Shown here: in pieces, positions 36,551 to 45,979 of the stretch
Position numbering within the stretch: the stretch's first letter is position 1
Layout of the letters: each line of letters starts with the position of its first letter
Origin: Pseudomonadota bacterium
GTDB lineage: Bacteria; Pseudomonadota; Alphaproteobacteria; GCA-2746255
NCBI GenBank assembly: GCA_040752895.1
Contig: JBFMHN010000005.1
Span: forward strand, 139,626-203,625
Direction: 5' to 3'
DNA: 64,000 nt
The notes under the pieces: model-generated
Told to the model about the DNA's origin: nothing
The model's input: only the letters and a program-made list of their open reading frames with translations
The model's database searches: none
Made by a program: the position numbers and the translations under genes

Positions 36551-39500
36551 ATGGCCATCCTCGTTGCAGTGGGCGGGGCCGCGCTCGGCTCCGCCATCGG
36601 TGTCGGATGGCAGGCCGGCTGGCTGGTCGGCGCGGTCGCAGGCCAACTGCTGTTCCCGCGCAAGGGCCCGGACATCCGCACCGAGGGCCCGCGCCTCGGC
36701 GACCTCACCGTCACCTCGTCCGCCTACGGCGCGTCGATCGCGATTGGCTACGGCACGCTCCGGATGGCCGGCAACATGATCTGGTCGTCGGGCATCCGCG
36801 AGCAGCAGAACGTGACCCGCACCCGCGCGGGCGGCAAGGGCGGCGGCGGGGCGACCCAGACCTCGGTCAGCTACTCCTACTTTGCCTCGTTTGCGCTCAG
36901 CTTCGGCGAGGGGCCGGCCGAGGACGTGTTGCGCATCTGGGCCGACGGCAAGCTCATCTACGACAAGACCGGGGCGAGCCCGGACGTCGCCAAGCCCAAC
37001 CTGCGGTTCCGCTTCTATCCTGGCAGCGAGACCCAGCTGCCCGATCCCCTGATCGAGGCCCATGTGGGCGCCGGGCGCGCGCCGGCCCATCGCGGGCTCT
37101 GCCTCATCGTGTTCGAGGACCTGGCGCTCGCCGACTACGGCAACCGCATCCCCAACATTACCGCCGAGATCACCTTCCGCCGCGCCGCGCAGCAGCCTTC
37201 CCAGCTCCTCGACTTCATCACCACGGGCGAGGGCGGCGCCTTCGGCTCCTACCAGATCGACGAGCTCGCGGCCGATTGGCGGCGCGGCTACGGCTACTTC
37301 GTCTCGTCGAGCAGCAACGCCGATGCCGCCGGCCTCCATCGCTTCAGCCTGCGCACCATGAAGGAGGACCGCCAGGCGCGGATGTCGGACGTGACCCAGG
37401 TCGCGCCGAACAACTTCCCGAGCACGCTCTTCTGCGGCGAGGATGGCCATCTCTACGTCGTCACCGGGTCGAGCAACTCGCGTCCGATCCTGCGCATCGA
37501 GCCCAATGCGCTGAAGGAGGTCGGGCGCTTCGGTTCGACAAGCAACGGGCTCTCGAATTCGACCCTCCGCTTCGTCGCGACCACGTGGATGGGCATGGTC
37601 TCGGCCTACGGACCTTCGGGGCGGGCAGACTTCATCCTGACCGGCTCGATCTTCGACGACGTCGGCCTGATTCGCGCCGAGGGCATGAGCTACGTCTGGG
37701 GCGCGGGCCAGACGGTGACCGAGCCGCGCGTGCGCGGCGCCATCGGCGGGGCAGTCGGCGAAGGCTTCGGCGAGGGCTGGCTCCTCGGCAGCGGGACGGG
37801 GACCAACCATGCGAGCCTCGGACTCTACCGCATCCGGGTCTCGGCGCTCGCCCAGTACGATGCGCTGACCGGCCAGTCGCTGGGCGTCACCTTCGAGAAG
37901 GTGGCGAGCGTCAGCCCGGCGGAGATCGAGGCGGGAGCCACCGGCTTCTATGACACGGCCGGCGGCCTCACCTATGACGCCACCGACGACAGCGTGATAT
38001 TCCAGGCCCGGATCTCGAACGGCGGGTCGGCGGGCACGATCTATACGCTCAAGTGGCGGGCCGACGCCGGAGTCGTCTGGAAGACCGCGGTCCCGAGCCA
38101 GATCAACTACGAAGGCCCGTACTTCGGCCAGAGCCGGCTCAAGGGGCAGCGCTGGACCCTGATGCGCGGCACGCGCGTGGTCCAGCTCGACACCGCGACC
38201 GGCGCCATCGTGCTCAACGAGCTCTGGCCCAACGCCGTGAGCGAGGGTGGCGCCCAGGTCTACGACGCAGTCACCGACACCCATCTCGTGCGCGGCAGCA
38301 ACGGGTGGGCGCGGCTCTTTCTCAATCGCGGCGGCGGCGAGGGCGAGGCGCTGTCGGCCATCGTCGCCGACCTCTGCGGGCGTGCCGGCCTAGGGCTCGC
38401 CGATATCGACGTGGCCGAGCTCACGCCGTCCGTGCCTGGCTATGTGATCGGCCGGCAGACGACCGTGCGCGGCGCCATCGAGCCGCTGGCTCAGGCCTAT
38501 TTCTTCGACGCCGCCGAGAGTGATGACCTGCTGCGCTTTCGGACGCGCGGGCGGGCGCCGGCCGCCACCATCGGCGCCGACCTCCTGCTGCCGCTCGACG
38601 AGCGCACGGGCGAGAGCTGGCGCGAGCGCCGCACCCAGGAGGTGGAGCTGCCCGAGCGCGTCGGCATCGTCTACATGGATCGCGATGCCGACTACCAGCA
38701 GGGGGCGCAGAGCGAGAAGCGCGCCTCGCTGCCGCTCGCGACCATGCACTCGCGCGACCAGGCGAGCCTCGAGCTGGCGCTCGCCATCGATGCCGCCACG
38801 GCGAAGCGCATCGCCGCCAAGACGCTCTACAGCGCCTGGATCGAGCGCAGTCAATACGAGGGTGCGCTGCCGCCCGACTTCCTGGCCTTGGATCCAACGG
38901 ACGTCGTCGACGTGGTCTTTCCGAGCGGATCGGCGTTCCGCACGCGGATCACCCGGCTCGATGTCGGCGCCGACTTCTCGCTGGCGCTGAAGGGGGTGTC
39001 TGAGACAGCAGCGACTTACGTTTCCACGGCCCTCGCCGATGGCGGGTCCGGCCGGCCGGCGCAGGCGGTCGGGGCCGAGGCGGCCACGCGCCTCATCCTG
39101 GCCGACCTGCCGCTCCTGCGCGACGTCGACGACGCGGGCGGCGCCGGCTCGCGCCTCTACTACCTGATGGCGGGCTTCGGCAGCCCGGGCTGGCCGGGCG
39201 CTGCCCTCTATCGCAGCCCCGACGGCTCGGCCTGGGCGCAGTTGGGGCGCGCTCTGAGCGAGGCGACCTGGGGTGCCACCGCCAATGCGCTTGGAGCCCC
39301 GCGCTCGCCCTTCGGCACGGACGAGGAGAACAGCCTCACCGTCTTCATGACCACCGGCGGCGATCGCCTGGAGAGCGTGACCCAGGAGGCGCTGGTCAAC
39401 GGCGCCAATGCGGCCCTCGTGCTCAAGGCCAATGGCGAGCCGGAGATCATCCAGTTCCGCGACGTGTCGATCAACGCTGACGGCTCCTACACGCTTCGAG

Positions 39501-40045
39501 GCCTCCTGCGCGGCCGCCGGGGGACGGACGTCTTTGTTGGCGGCCACGCCGTAGGCGAGATCTTCGTGCTGCTCGATCCCGACGACGTCGAGACTCTCTC
39601 CGTCTCGCTCGGCGACCTCGGCCTGGCGCGCTCCTGGCGGGCGGTCGGGTTCGGCACGCTGTTCGAGGACGCCGAGACCATCGTGCACAGCCACAGCGGC
39701 CGCGACCTCAAGCCCTACGCGCCCGTGCATCTCGCCGGGAGCCGGAACGGCGGCGGCGACCTCACGGTCACCTGGGTCCGCCGCACGCGCATCGGCGGCG
39801 ACTGGCGCGACGGCACGGGCGTGGTCCCGCTCGGCGAGGCCTCCGAGGCTTACGAGGTGGACGTGCTCGATACGCCGGGCGGCGCCGTCGTCCGCACCAT
39901 CACCGGGCTTTCGAGCCCCACCGCCCTCTACACGGCGGCCGACCAGACGACCGACTTCGGCGCGCCGCAGTCGCTGGTGCACGTCGCCATCTACCAGATG
40001 AGCGCGGTCGCCGGCCGCGGCTTCCCTGCAACAGCGAGCCTCTGA
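36551..40045 (+). CDS. GTA gp15-like host-specificity / central tail protein
   Basis: 1164 aa. Hydrophobic N-terminus (MAILVAVGGAALGSAIGVGWQAGWLVGAV) followed by the GTA g15-like phage-tail domain. Position after the P60 peptidase. Confidence 0.6.
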   Translation: MAILVAVGGAALGSAIGVGWQAGWLVGAVAGQLLFPRKGPDIRTEGPRLGDLTVTSSAYGASIAIGYGTLRMAGNMIWSSGIREQQNVTRTRAGGKGGGGATQTSVSYSYFASFALSFGEGPAEDVLRIWADGKLIYDKTGASPDVAKPNLRFRFYPGSETQLPDPLIEAHVGAGRAPAHRGLCLIVFEDLALADYGNRIPNITAEITFRRAAQQPSQLLDFITTGEGGAFGSYQIDELAADWRRGYGYFVSSSSNADAAGLHRFSLRTMKEDRQARMSDVTQVAPNNFPSTLFCGEDGHLYVVTGSSNSRPILRIEPNALKEVGRFGSTSNGLSNSTLRFVATTWMGMVSAYGPSGRADFILTGSIFDDVGLIRAEGMSYVWGAGQTVTEPRVRGAIGGAVGEGFGEGWLLGSGTGTNHASLGLYRIRVSALAQYDALTGQSLGVTFEKVASVSPAEIEAGATGFYDTAGGLTYDATDDSVIFQARISNGGSAGTIYTLKWRADAGVVWKTAVPSQINYEGPYFGQSRLKGQRWTLMRGTRVVQLDTATGAIVLNELWPNAVSEGGAQVYDAVTDTHLVRGSNGWARLFLNRGGGEGEALSAIVADLCGRAGLGLADIDVAELTPSVPGYVIGRQTTVRGAIEPLAQAYFFDAAESDDLLRFRTRGRAPAATIGADLLLPLDERTGESWRERRTQEVELPERVGIVYMDRDADYQQGAQSEKRASLPLATMHSRDQASLELALAIDAATAKRIAAKTLYSAWIERSQYEGALPPDFLALDPTDVVDVVFPSGSAFRTRITRLDVGADFSLALKGVSETAATYVSTALADGGSGRPAQAVGAEAATRLILADLPLLRDVDDAGGAGSRLYYLMAGFGSPGWPGAALYRSPDGSAWAQLGRALSEATWGATANALGAPRSPFGTDEENSLTVFMTTGGDRLESVTQEALVNGANAALVLKANGEPEIIQFRDVSINADGSYTLRGLLRGRRGTDVFVGGHAVGEIFVLLDPDDVETLSVSLGDLGLARSWRAVGFGTLFEDAETIVHSHSGRDLKPYAPVHLAGSRNGGGDLTVTWVRRTRIGGDWRDGTGVVPLGEASEAYEVDVLDTPGGAVVRTITGLSSPTALYTAADQTTDFGAPQSLVHVAIYQMSAVAGRGFPATASL

Positions 40046-40046
40046 C

Positions 40047-41762
40047 ATGCCAACGCCCAACCTCGGCATCCCGCACCTCGCAGCCTCCCAGAACCAGAAG
40101 GAGGTCACCGCCAACGACGCCTTCGACCGGCTCGACGAGGCGATGAACGACACCGCCTCGGTCGACTGCTCGGCCGGCAGCACCACCGTCGACGGCGCGA
40201 CCTTCACCCGCAACTTCGAGCTGGTGCTGACCGGCGCGCCGGCCGCCGCCTTCACGCTCAGCGTGCCCGACGGCAAGCGCTTCTTCCTGGTGAGGAACGC
40301 CACCGCGCAGGTCGCGACCGTGCAGCGGACCTCGGGCGGCGGCTCGGTCAACCTGACCGCGGGCCAGCGGCGCCTCCTCTACAACACCGGGACCGAGATC
40401 GTCGCCGCGGCGCCCGACGCCGCGGTGACCGGCGGCGGGGGCGGCGGGGGCGTGAGCGGCGCCGGCTTCCGCGGCGCGCTGGTCAAGCTCAGCGCCGACG
40501 CCAGCATCGCCAACCAGTCCCAGACCGCGATCGGCTGGGCGACCACGCTGTTCGACACCGACGGGTTCTGGAGCGGCGGCAGCCCGACCCGCCTCACGGT
40601 GCCCGCCGGCGTCTCCAAGGTGGTGGTCGTCGCCGGAGTCCAATGGGGCGCCAGCGCCACGGGCGACCGCTGGGTCGAGGTGCACCGGAACGGGGTCGAG
40701 GTGGAGGGGCTCCCCGGCAGCCTGATCGGGCCGCTCGGGAGCAGCAGCCGGGCCCGTCAGGCGGTGGTCTCGGCGCCGATCCAGGTGAGCCCGGGCGACT
40801 ACTTCGAGCTCCTGGCCTGGCAGAACAGCGGCGGCGCGCTCGCCGTCGAGGCCGACCCGCAGACCTGGTTCGCGGTCATGGCGGTCGACACCATCGCCCA
40901 GGCCTCGGAGGTTCGCGCGGTCCAGGTCAAGCGCACCACCGACCAGGCGATCGCGACCTCGACCATGACCGCGGTCGCCTGGGAGGCGGCCGAGTTCGAC
41001 GACGGCAGTATGTGGTCGGCCGGCAGCCCGACGCGGCTCACCGTGCCCGCCGGCGTCTCCAAGGTCCGGCTCAGTGCCAACCTGCGCTTCGCCACCACCT
41101 CGAGCGCGGGCTACCGCTTCATCCGCATCACGAGGAACGGCGCAAGCTTCGCCGGCCGGGCCGAGGACCTCGACACGGTGCCGAGCAACGGCGACAACGC
41201 GCTCTCGGTCACCACCGGCATCGTCCCGGTCCAGCCCGGCGACTACTTCGAGCTCGAGTGCTGGCAGAGCTCGGGCGGAAGCCTGAACGTCGCCGCCGGC
41301 GACGCCACCTGGTTCAACATGGAGGTGGTGGAACGGGTCGCGCCCGCCTTTCGCGGTGCGCTCGTCAACCTCACCGCCACCGAGCCGGTCCCGACCTCGA
41401 CCGACACGGCGCTCGCCTGGGACGCCGTGGTCTACGATACCGACGGCTTCTGGTCGGCCGGCAATCCGACGCGCCTCACGGTTCCCGCCGGCGTCTCCAA
41501 GGTGCGGCTCAAGGGCAACATCAGCTGGGGCTTCGGCGGCACCGGCTACCGGCACATCTGGGCCAGCAAGAACGGCGCCCTGTTCCCCGGTGCTGGCAAG
41601 GAGAGCGACGAGGGCGACAGCGGCGTCCAGAACTTCGCCTCTGCTGTCGTGCCTGTGGTCACCGGCGACTACTTCGAGTTTATCGCCCGCCAGACTTCGG
41701 GCTCCACCAAGAATGTGCTCGCCGCTGCCGACACCTGGTTCGCGATCGAGGTGGTCGAGTAG
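40047..41762 (+). CDS. tail fibre protein: DUF2793 N-terminal domain, Gly run, three tandem ~140 aa repeats
   Basis: N-terminus PNLGIPHLAASQNQKEVTANDAFDRLD (DUF2793-like). Repeats each contain (F/V)RGALV..., GFWSAG(S/N)PTRLTVPAGVSKVRL and PGDYFEL....(W/T)F..EVVE. Confidence 0.6.
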   Translation: MPTPNLGIPHLAASQNQKEVTANDAFDRLDEAMNDTASVDCSAGSTTVDGATFTRNFELVLTGAPAAAFTLSVPDGKRFFLVRNATAQVATVQRTSGGGSVNLTAGQRRLLYNTGTEIVAAAPDAAVTGGGGGGGVSGAGFRGALVKLSADASIANQSQTAIGWATTLFDTDGFWSGGSPTRLTVPAGVSKVVVVAGVQWGASATGDRWVEVHRNGVEVEGLPGSLIGPLGSSSRARQAVVSAPIQVSPGDYFELLAWQNSGGALAVEADPQTWFAVMAVDTIAQASEVRAVQVKRTTDQAIATSTMTAVAWEAAEFDDGSMWSAGSPTRLTVPAGVSKVRLSANLRFATTSSAGYRFIRITRNGASFAGRAEDLDTVPSNGDNALSVTTGIVPVQPGDYFELECWQSSGGSLNVAAGDATWFNMEVVERVAPAFRGALVNLTATEPVPTSTDTALAWDAVVYDTDGFWSAGNPTRLTVPAGVSKVRLKGNISWGFGGTGYRHIWASKNGALFPGAGKESDEGDSGVQNFASAVVPVVTGDYFEFIARQTSGSTKNVLAAADTWFAIEVVE

Positions 41763-41784
41763 ACGCGTCTCTGACCGTCGACTG

Positions 41785-41810
41785 ATTGGACCCGCCGCGA
41801 GGCGGGTTTC
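41785..41810 (+). terminator. rho-independent terminator candidate
   Basis: CCCGCCgcgaGGCGGG followed by TTTCGTGTG. Confidence 0.5.
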
Positions 41811-41829
41811 GTGTGTCTGGAGGAACCTC

Positions 41830-42111
41830 ATGAATGACGGAACGGATAGTGGGGGGCTTGTCAGCCTCCCAAAGGCCGAGCTTGAGCAGCTGCTGGGCCA
41901 GGCGGCCGCCCGCGGCGCCAGGCAGGCGCTCAAGGACATCGGCCTCGACAACGGCGAGGCGCGCGAGGACATCCGCGAGCTGCGCTCGCTCTTGGGCGCG
42001 CTGCGGCTCGCCCGGCGCACGGCGTGGCAGACCGCGGTGCGCGTGCTTACGACCGTGTTGCTCGCCGCTCTCCTCGCGCTCGCGGGGATCAAGCTCAAGC
42101 TGCTCGGCTGA
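41830..42111 (+). CDS. small membrane protein, possible holin
   Basis: 94 aa, single C-terminal TM (VLTTVLLAALLALAGIKL). Precedes the endolysin-like and spanin genes. Confidence 0.35.
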   Translation: MNDGTDSGGLVSLPKAELEQLLGQAAARGARQALKDIGLDNGEAREDIRELRSLLGALRLARRTAWQTAVRVLTTVLLAALLALAGIKLKLLG

Positions 42112-42147
42112 CGCCTCCGAGCGCTACCCGCCGTTCCAATCCGTCCA

Positions 42148-42172
42148 CCCGGCCGCCGCGAGGCGGCTTTTG
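42148..42172 (+). terminator. rho-independent terminator candidate
   Basis: GCCGCCgcgaGGCGGC followed by TTTTGA. Same core as the 41785 hairpin. Confidence 0.45.
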
Positions 42173-42189
42173 ATTCGAGGGAGCCTCCC

Positions 42190-42867
42190 ATGACCACGCA
42201 GACGCGAGCCCTGCCGCGCGGCATCCGCAATCACAACCCGCTCAACATCCGCTTGAACCCGGCCAACCGCTGGCAGGGGCGCATCGAGCCCGAGCGCAAC
42301 ACCGACGGTGCCTTCGAGCAGTTCGAGGGCCCCGTCTGGGGCCTGCGCGCCGGCGCCGTGCTGATCATCGCCCACTACAACCGCCGCGGCGCCGACACCA
42401 TCCGCAAGCTGGTGAGCATCTGGGCGCCGCCCAGCGAGAACGACACGGAAGCCTATGCCGCCTTCGTGGCGCGCGAGAGCGGCTTCGGCGCGGACCAGAA
42501 GCTCGACATGCACCGCGCCGAGCATCTGCGGCCCGTGCTTGTCGCGATGATCCGCATGGAGAACGGGCAGCAGCCCTACACGGACGCCCAAATCGACGCG
42601 GCGCTGGTGCGTGCCGGCGTGCTGCCGCCCGGGCGCCAGCTCAGCCAGTCGCGCACCGTGCGCGGCGGCCAGGCAGCGGCGACCGGCACGCTCGGCGCAG
42701 CGGCGATCGAAGCGGTGCAGGAGACGATCGGGCCGGCACAGGACGTGCTCGTCGGGATCGCGCCCTATCTCGATGCTGCCAAGTGGGCGCTGCTCCTCGT
42801 CACGCTGGTCGGCATCGGCGTGATGCTCTGGGCGCGGATCGACGACCGCCGCCGGGGGCTCCGGTGA
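42190..42867 (+). CDS. putative peptidoglycan hydrolase (endolysin-like) with C-terminal membrane anchor
   Basis: N-terminal RGIRNHNPLNIR motif, remembered from phage lysozyme-like proteins (recollection, not verified). C-terminal TM WALLLVTLVGIGVMLWA. Position between the fibre and the spanins. Confidence 0.4.
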   Translation: MTTQTRALPRGIRNHNPLNIRLNPANRWQGRIEPERNTDGAFEQFEGPVWGLRAGAVLIIAHYNRRGADTIRKLVSIWAPPSENDTEAYAAFVARESGFGADQKLDMHRAEHLRPVLVAMIRMENGQQPYTDAQIDAALVRAGVLPPGRQLSQSRTVRGGQAAATGTLGAAAIEAVQETIGPAQDVLVGIAPYLDAAKWALLLVTLVGIGVMLWARIDDRRRGLR

Positions 42868-43106
42868 TGTGGGCCCTGATCCAGCCCTGGCTCCTCCGCA
42901 ACGCCCTCGGCCTCCTCGGCTGGCTTGCCGCGGCGGCGGCCGCCGCGGCCGTGCTCGTGGGCGCCCGTCAGGCCGGGCGCAATGCCGAGCGCGTCGAGCG
43001 CATGAAGAAGACCATCGAGGTGCAACATGACCAGCTGGAAGCCGCTGCTCGCCGCCCTCGCGATCGCGACGAGCTTGCTCGCCGCCTGCGCGACGGCACC
43101 TTCTGA
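42867..43106 (+). CDS. i-spanin (Rz-like)
   Basis: N-terminal TM (LGLLGWLAAAAAAAAVLVGA) then charged coiled-coil. Overlaps the o-spanin gene. Confidence 0.5.
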   Translation: MWALIQPWLLRNALGLLGWLAAAAAAAAVLVGARQAGRNAERVERMKKTIEVQHDQLEAAARRPRDRDELARRLRDGTF

Positions 43107-43260
43107 CGGCGCGCCCTGTCCGCCGGTCGTGCCCTACAGCCAGAAGTTCCTCGCCCGGGCGGCCGACGAGCTCGACCGCCTGCCGCCCGGCTCGGCCATT
43201 GAGCAGATGCTCGCCGACTACCAGGTCATGCGGGATCAGGCACGGGCGTGCGGGCATTAG
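43027..43260 (+). CDS. o-spanin (Rz1-like lipoprotein)
   Basis: Signal peptide with lipobox LLAAC. Starts inside the i-spanin gene in another frame. Confidence 0.5.
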   Translation: MTSWKPLLAALAIATSLLAACATAPSDGAPCPPVVPYSQKFLARAADELDRLPPGSAIEQMLADYQVMRDQARACGH

Positions 43261-43428
43261 GCGGATCTGAAACTCAGCACGCATTTAGCTGTTTTTCAGG
43301 GATTCCCTTGTGCGATCGTTCGTGATTCACTGATCGGGGCGCGGTCGATTGGCGGGGCGGCCATTCTTGGCGGTGCAGTAGCCGGGGCAATTTGGGGTCC
43401 GCGCAACTGTCTGGGAGCAAGGGGACCG

Positions 43429-44649
43429 GTGGCGAACGAAACGAGGCTGATACGGTCGCAAGGGCTGTTCATCGAGGCCGAGGCGCCACTAGGTCTTGAC
43501 GAGTACCAGCAATTCACCACAAAAACCGACAAAAACGAGCGGCAAGGCATCGCCGGCTTAGGATTTGTTCTCCTCGGGTTGTTTGGGGAGGCGGGCAGCC
43601 TGCTAAGCGAACTCAAAAAGAAACAGCGAGATAAAGATTCCTACATCGCATACCACGACTCGGTTATCGAGGAGTTTGGCGATGTGCTTTGGTACTTCGC
43701 CAATGCAGCGCTTCGAGCCAACTTACCCCTCGCCGCGATCGCCAAGCTCTTACCGGCTAGTCTCGCCGACTGGGACTATCACGGCCGCGAGGGTGCATCC
43801 ACCTTCGTCGATCTCCAAACCGCAAAGGCAGAATTTAAGGGACCCCTCTCGACGGACATCGTCGAGCGTCGACTCTTGGCCCTAGCCGGGAATGTCGGTC
43901 AGCTCCTGGAGAATTTCAGCAACCGCAGATTTGATACTAATCGTGACGCGCTCTCGGCTGACCTCGTTGAAATCTTTCGCGCCCTAGTGGCTGCTGCCGA
44001 TGATGCCGACGTGAGTCTCGATGAGGCAGCACGCCGCAACATCGCAAAGACCTTGAGTCGATGGCCGATCGACCGCAAGTGGGATCCACCGTATGACGAT
44101 GATTTCGATGAGGACGAACGCCTGCCGCGCCGGATCGTGATGGTGTTCAAGGAGAAAGATGTTGGAGGGAAAAAATACGTCATCCAGCAGTGCAACGGCA
44201 TCAACATCGGGGATCGTCTGACGGACAACCGACTTGAACAAGATGATTATCGTTTTCATGACGTATTTCATCTCGCGTATGCAGCGATCCTTGGGTGGTC
44301 ACCGGTCATCCGGGCGCTGTTCAAGGTCAAGCGGAAGAGTCGTCCCGAGATCGATGAGAATCAAGACGGTGCGCGCGCCATCCTCATCGAGGAAGGCGTT
44401 TCCACCTGGATTTTTAACCATGCTCTTCGAAATCAACATTTCCGCAGCATCGATTCCCTCGACTATTCCCTTCTAAAGGCTGTTCGCGAACTCGTGAAAG
44501 GATATGAAGTGGAAAGCCGTCCGCATTGGCAGTGGGAGCTCGCCATCCTTGAAGGGTTCCGCGTATTCAGAGAAGTGTGCGCGCATCGGGGCGGCACCGT
44601 GATCGCCGACCTGAATGAGCACACCATTACGTTCAAAGGACCAAAATGA
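43429..44649 (+). CDS. MazG-like nucleoside triphosphate pyrophosphohydrolase domain fused to an uncharacterized ~250 aa C-terminal domain
   Basis: MazG motifs GLGFVLLGLFGEAGSLLSELKK and EEFGDVLWYFANAA. Local GC ~50% versus ~68% in the flanks. Confidence 0.6.
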   Translation: MANETRLIRSQGLFIEAEAPLGLDEYQQFTTKTDKNERQGIAGLGFVLLGLFGEAGSLLSELKKKQRDKDSYIAYHDSVIEEFGDVLWYFANAALRANLPLAAIAKLLPASLADWDYHGREGASTFVDLQTAKAEFKGPLSTDIVERRLLALAGNVGQLLENFSNRRFDTNRDALSADLVEIFRALVAAADDADVSLDEAARRNIAKTLSRWPIDRKWDPPYDDDFDEDERLPRRIVMVFKEKDVGGKKYVIQQCNGINIGDRLTDNRLEQDDYRFHDVFHLAYAAILGWSPVIRALFKVKRKSRPEIDENQDGARAILIEEGVSTWIFNHALRNQHFRSIDSLDYSLLKAVRELVKGYEVESRPHWQWELAILEGFRVFREVCAHRGGTVIADLNEHTITFKGPK

Positions 44650-45338
44650 GCCGCACCAATAAGAGTGAAGCACGGCAATTCGTCGAACGGCTAGCAGCGC
44701 TTCGTTTCGACACCGTTTTCAATCCCTATGCCCAAGCGTGCCCAGAATGGGACAGCGGCAACGCTGCGGCAACTCGTCGACGTAACCTTGAGCTCGTCCT
44801 TGAAGCCGCGATGGAAAAAGGGGTCGAGTCAATCTGGGTCGCGCGGGACCTAGGATATCGAGGTGGCCGTCGAACCGGTCTCGCCCTAACCGACGAAGTG
44901 CATCTTTCCTATCATGCGGCGCTGTTTGGTACGCCACCGCTCGCCCGCGCGACCAAGGGGCCCGCGGTAGCCGAACGAACCGCTGCCGTTGTATGGCAGA
45001 TGCTTCGCGCGATCGATCGTCCAATCTTTCTCTGGAATGTCTTCCCGCTTCACCCCCATCAGCCAGAAGACCCGATGTCGAATCGCTGCCACACGCGAGC
45101 GGAGCGGGCCGCTTGTCGACCCTTATTGGTCTGGCTTCTGGACGCGCTGCAGCCTCGCAACATAGTTGCTATTGGCCGGGATGCGCACGCTGCGCTTGAC
45201 GATCTGGGCGTAAGGGCAACGTCAGTGCGCCACCCGAGCTACGGCGGACAGCCGGAGTTCGTCAGCGGTCTAGCAGCTCTGTACGGTTTGTCCTCTATGG
45301 CGTCGAGCAATACTTCCCAGTTGCGTATGTTCCGGTAG
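44646..45338 (+). CDS. uncharacterized protein, possibly uracil-DNA glycosylase superfamily-like
   Basis: Start overlaps the stop of the MazG-like gene (ATGA). Gly-rich ARDLGYRGGRRTGLALTDE and C-terminal RHPSYGG loosely resemble the two UDG-superfamily motifs. Weak. Confidence 0.3.
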   Translation: MSRTNKSEARQFVERLAALRFDTVFNPYAQACPEWDSGNAAATRRRNLELVLEAAMEKGVESIWVARDLGYRGGRRTGLALTDEVHLSYHAALFGTPPLARATKGPAVAERTAAVVWQMLRAIDRPIFLWNVFPLHPHQPEDPMSNRCHTRAERAACRPLLVWLLDALQPRNIVAIGRDAHAALDDLGVRATSVRHPSYGGQPEFVSGLAALYGLSSMASSNTSQLRMFR

Positions 45339-45357
45339 CTTCATGACTCTGACCGAG

Positions 45358-45968
45358 TCACGCTGATCGCACCCAGTCAAGAGGAGCGCCAACGTATCCG
45401 TGCTGGCCAACGGACCGGATCCACTCGATAAATTCCGAAACGAGCGCATCGGGAAAATGGTTCTTATGTCCTCGGCCAGCGCATAGATCAAAGCCTCCGC
45501 AGTTACGGAAGCGCTTTAGGATTTTCGGACCTGTTCCGCCCCAATAGACATAATCAGTGCTCACGAGAACCCGATCAGTTTGTGTGTCATTCTCGATGTT
45601 TTTCTGATTCGCGCTTCCATCGGCATGGCTGTGATGGGAGTTCTCTTGATTCCAGCGACCCGACTTTGGATCACGGTGATAGATGTTATCGCCGAACGCC
45701 TGTTTCTTGCTTCCCGACAGCCTTGGCCTTTTGGGGAAGAAACGAGGGTCATGCCAATACTCGTCGAATGTCAGGGTCTCCGTGACGCGCATCGCGAACA
45801 CAATGTGGGCGTCACGGCCGCGCGACTTTGATCCAGTGCCTACCACCCAGTCGCCGACTTGGGCCATCCGCCTTATTATTGGCTTGCAGGTGGCGAGCGT
45901 GCAGAACCCATAGAAAGGGTTCGGCGCAAAGCCGTAGTCACGAGCGACGACGTAGGTGTACAGCGTCA
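45358..45968 (-). CDS. uncharacterized Cys/His-rich protein downstream of the TIR-like gene
   Basis: Conserved-looking N-terminus VTLYTYVVARDYGFAPNPFYGFCTLATCKP. C-terminal HHSHADGS and CGGFDLCAGRGHKNH. Proposed GTG start 10 nt after the TIR stop. The longer ATG-initiated ORF (to 46170) would overlap the TIR gene in another frame. Confidence 0.4.
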
Positions 45969-45979
45969 CCTGTCCATGC

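Noticed and set aside
36098-42230. Very long minus-strand ORFs (728, 653, 776 aa) across the tail genes
   Set aside because: Antisense to gp15-like and fibre genes that have recognisable domain signatures. Gly/Arg/Ala-rich nonsense composition.
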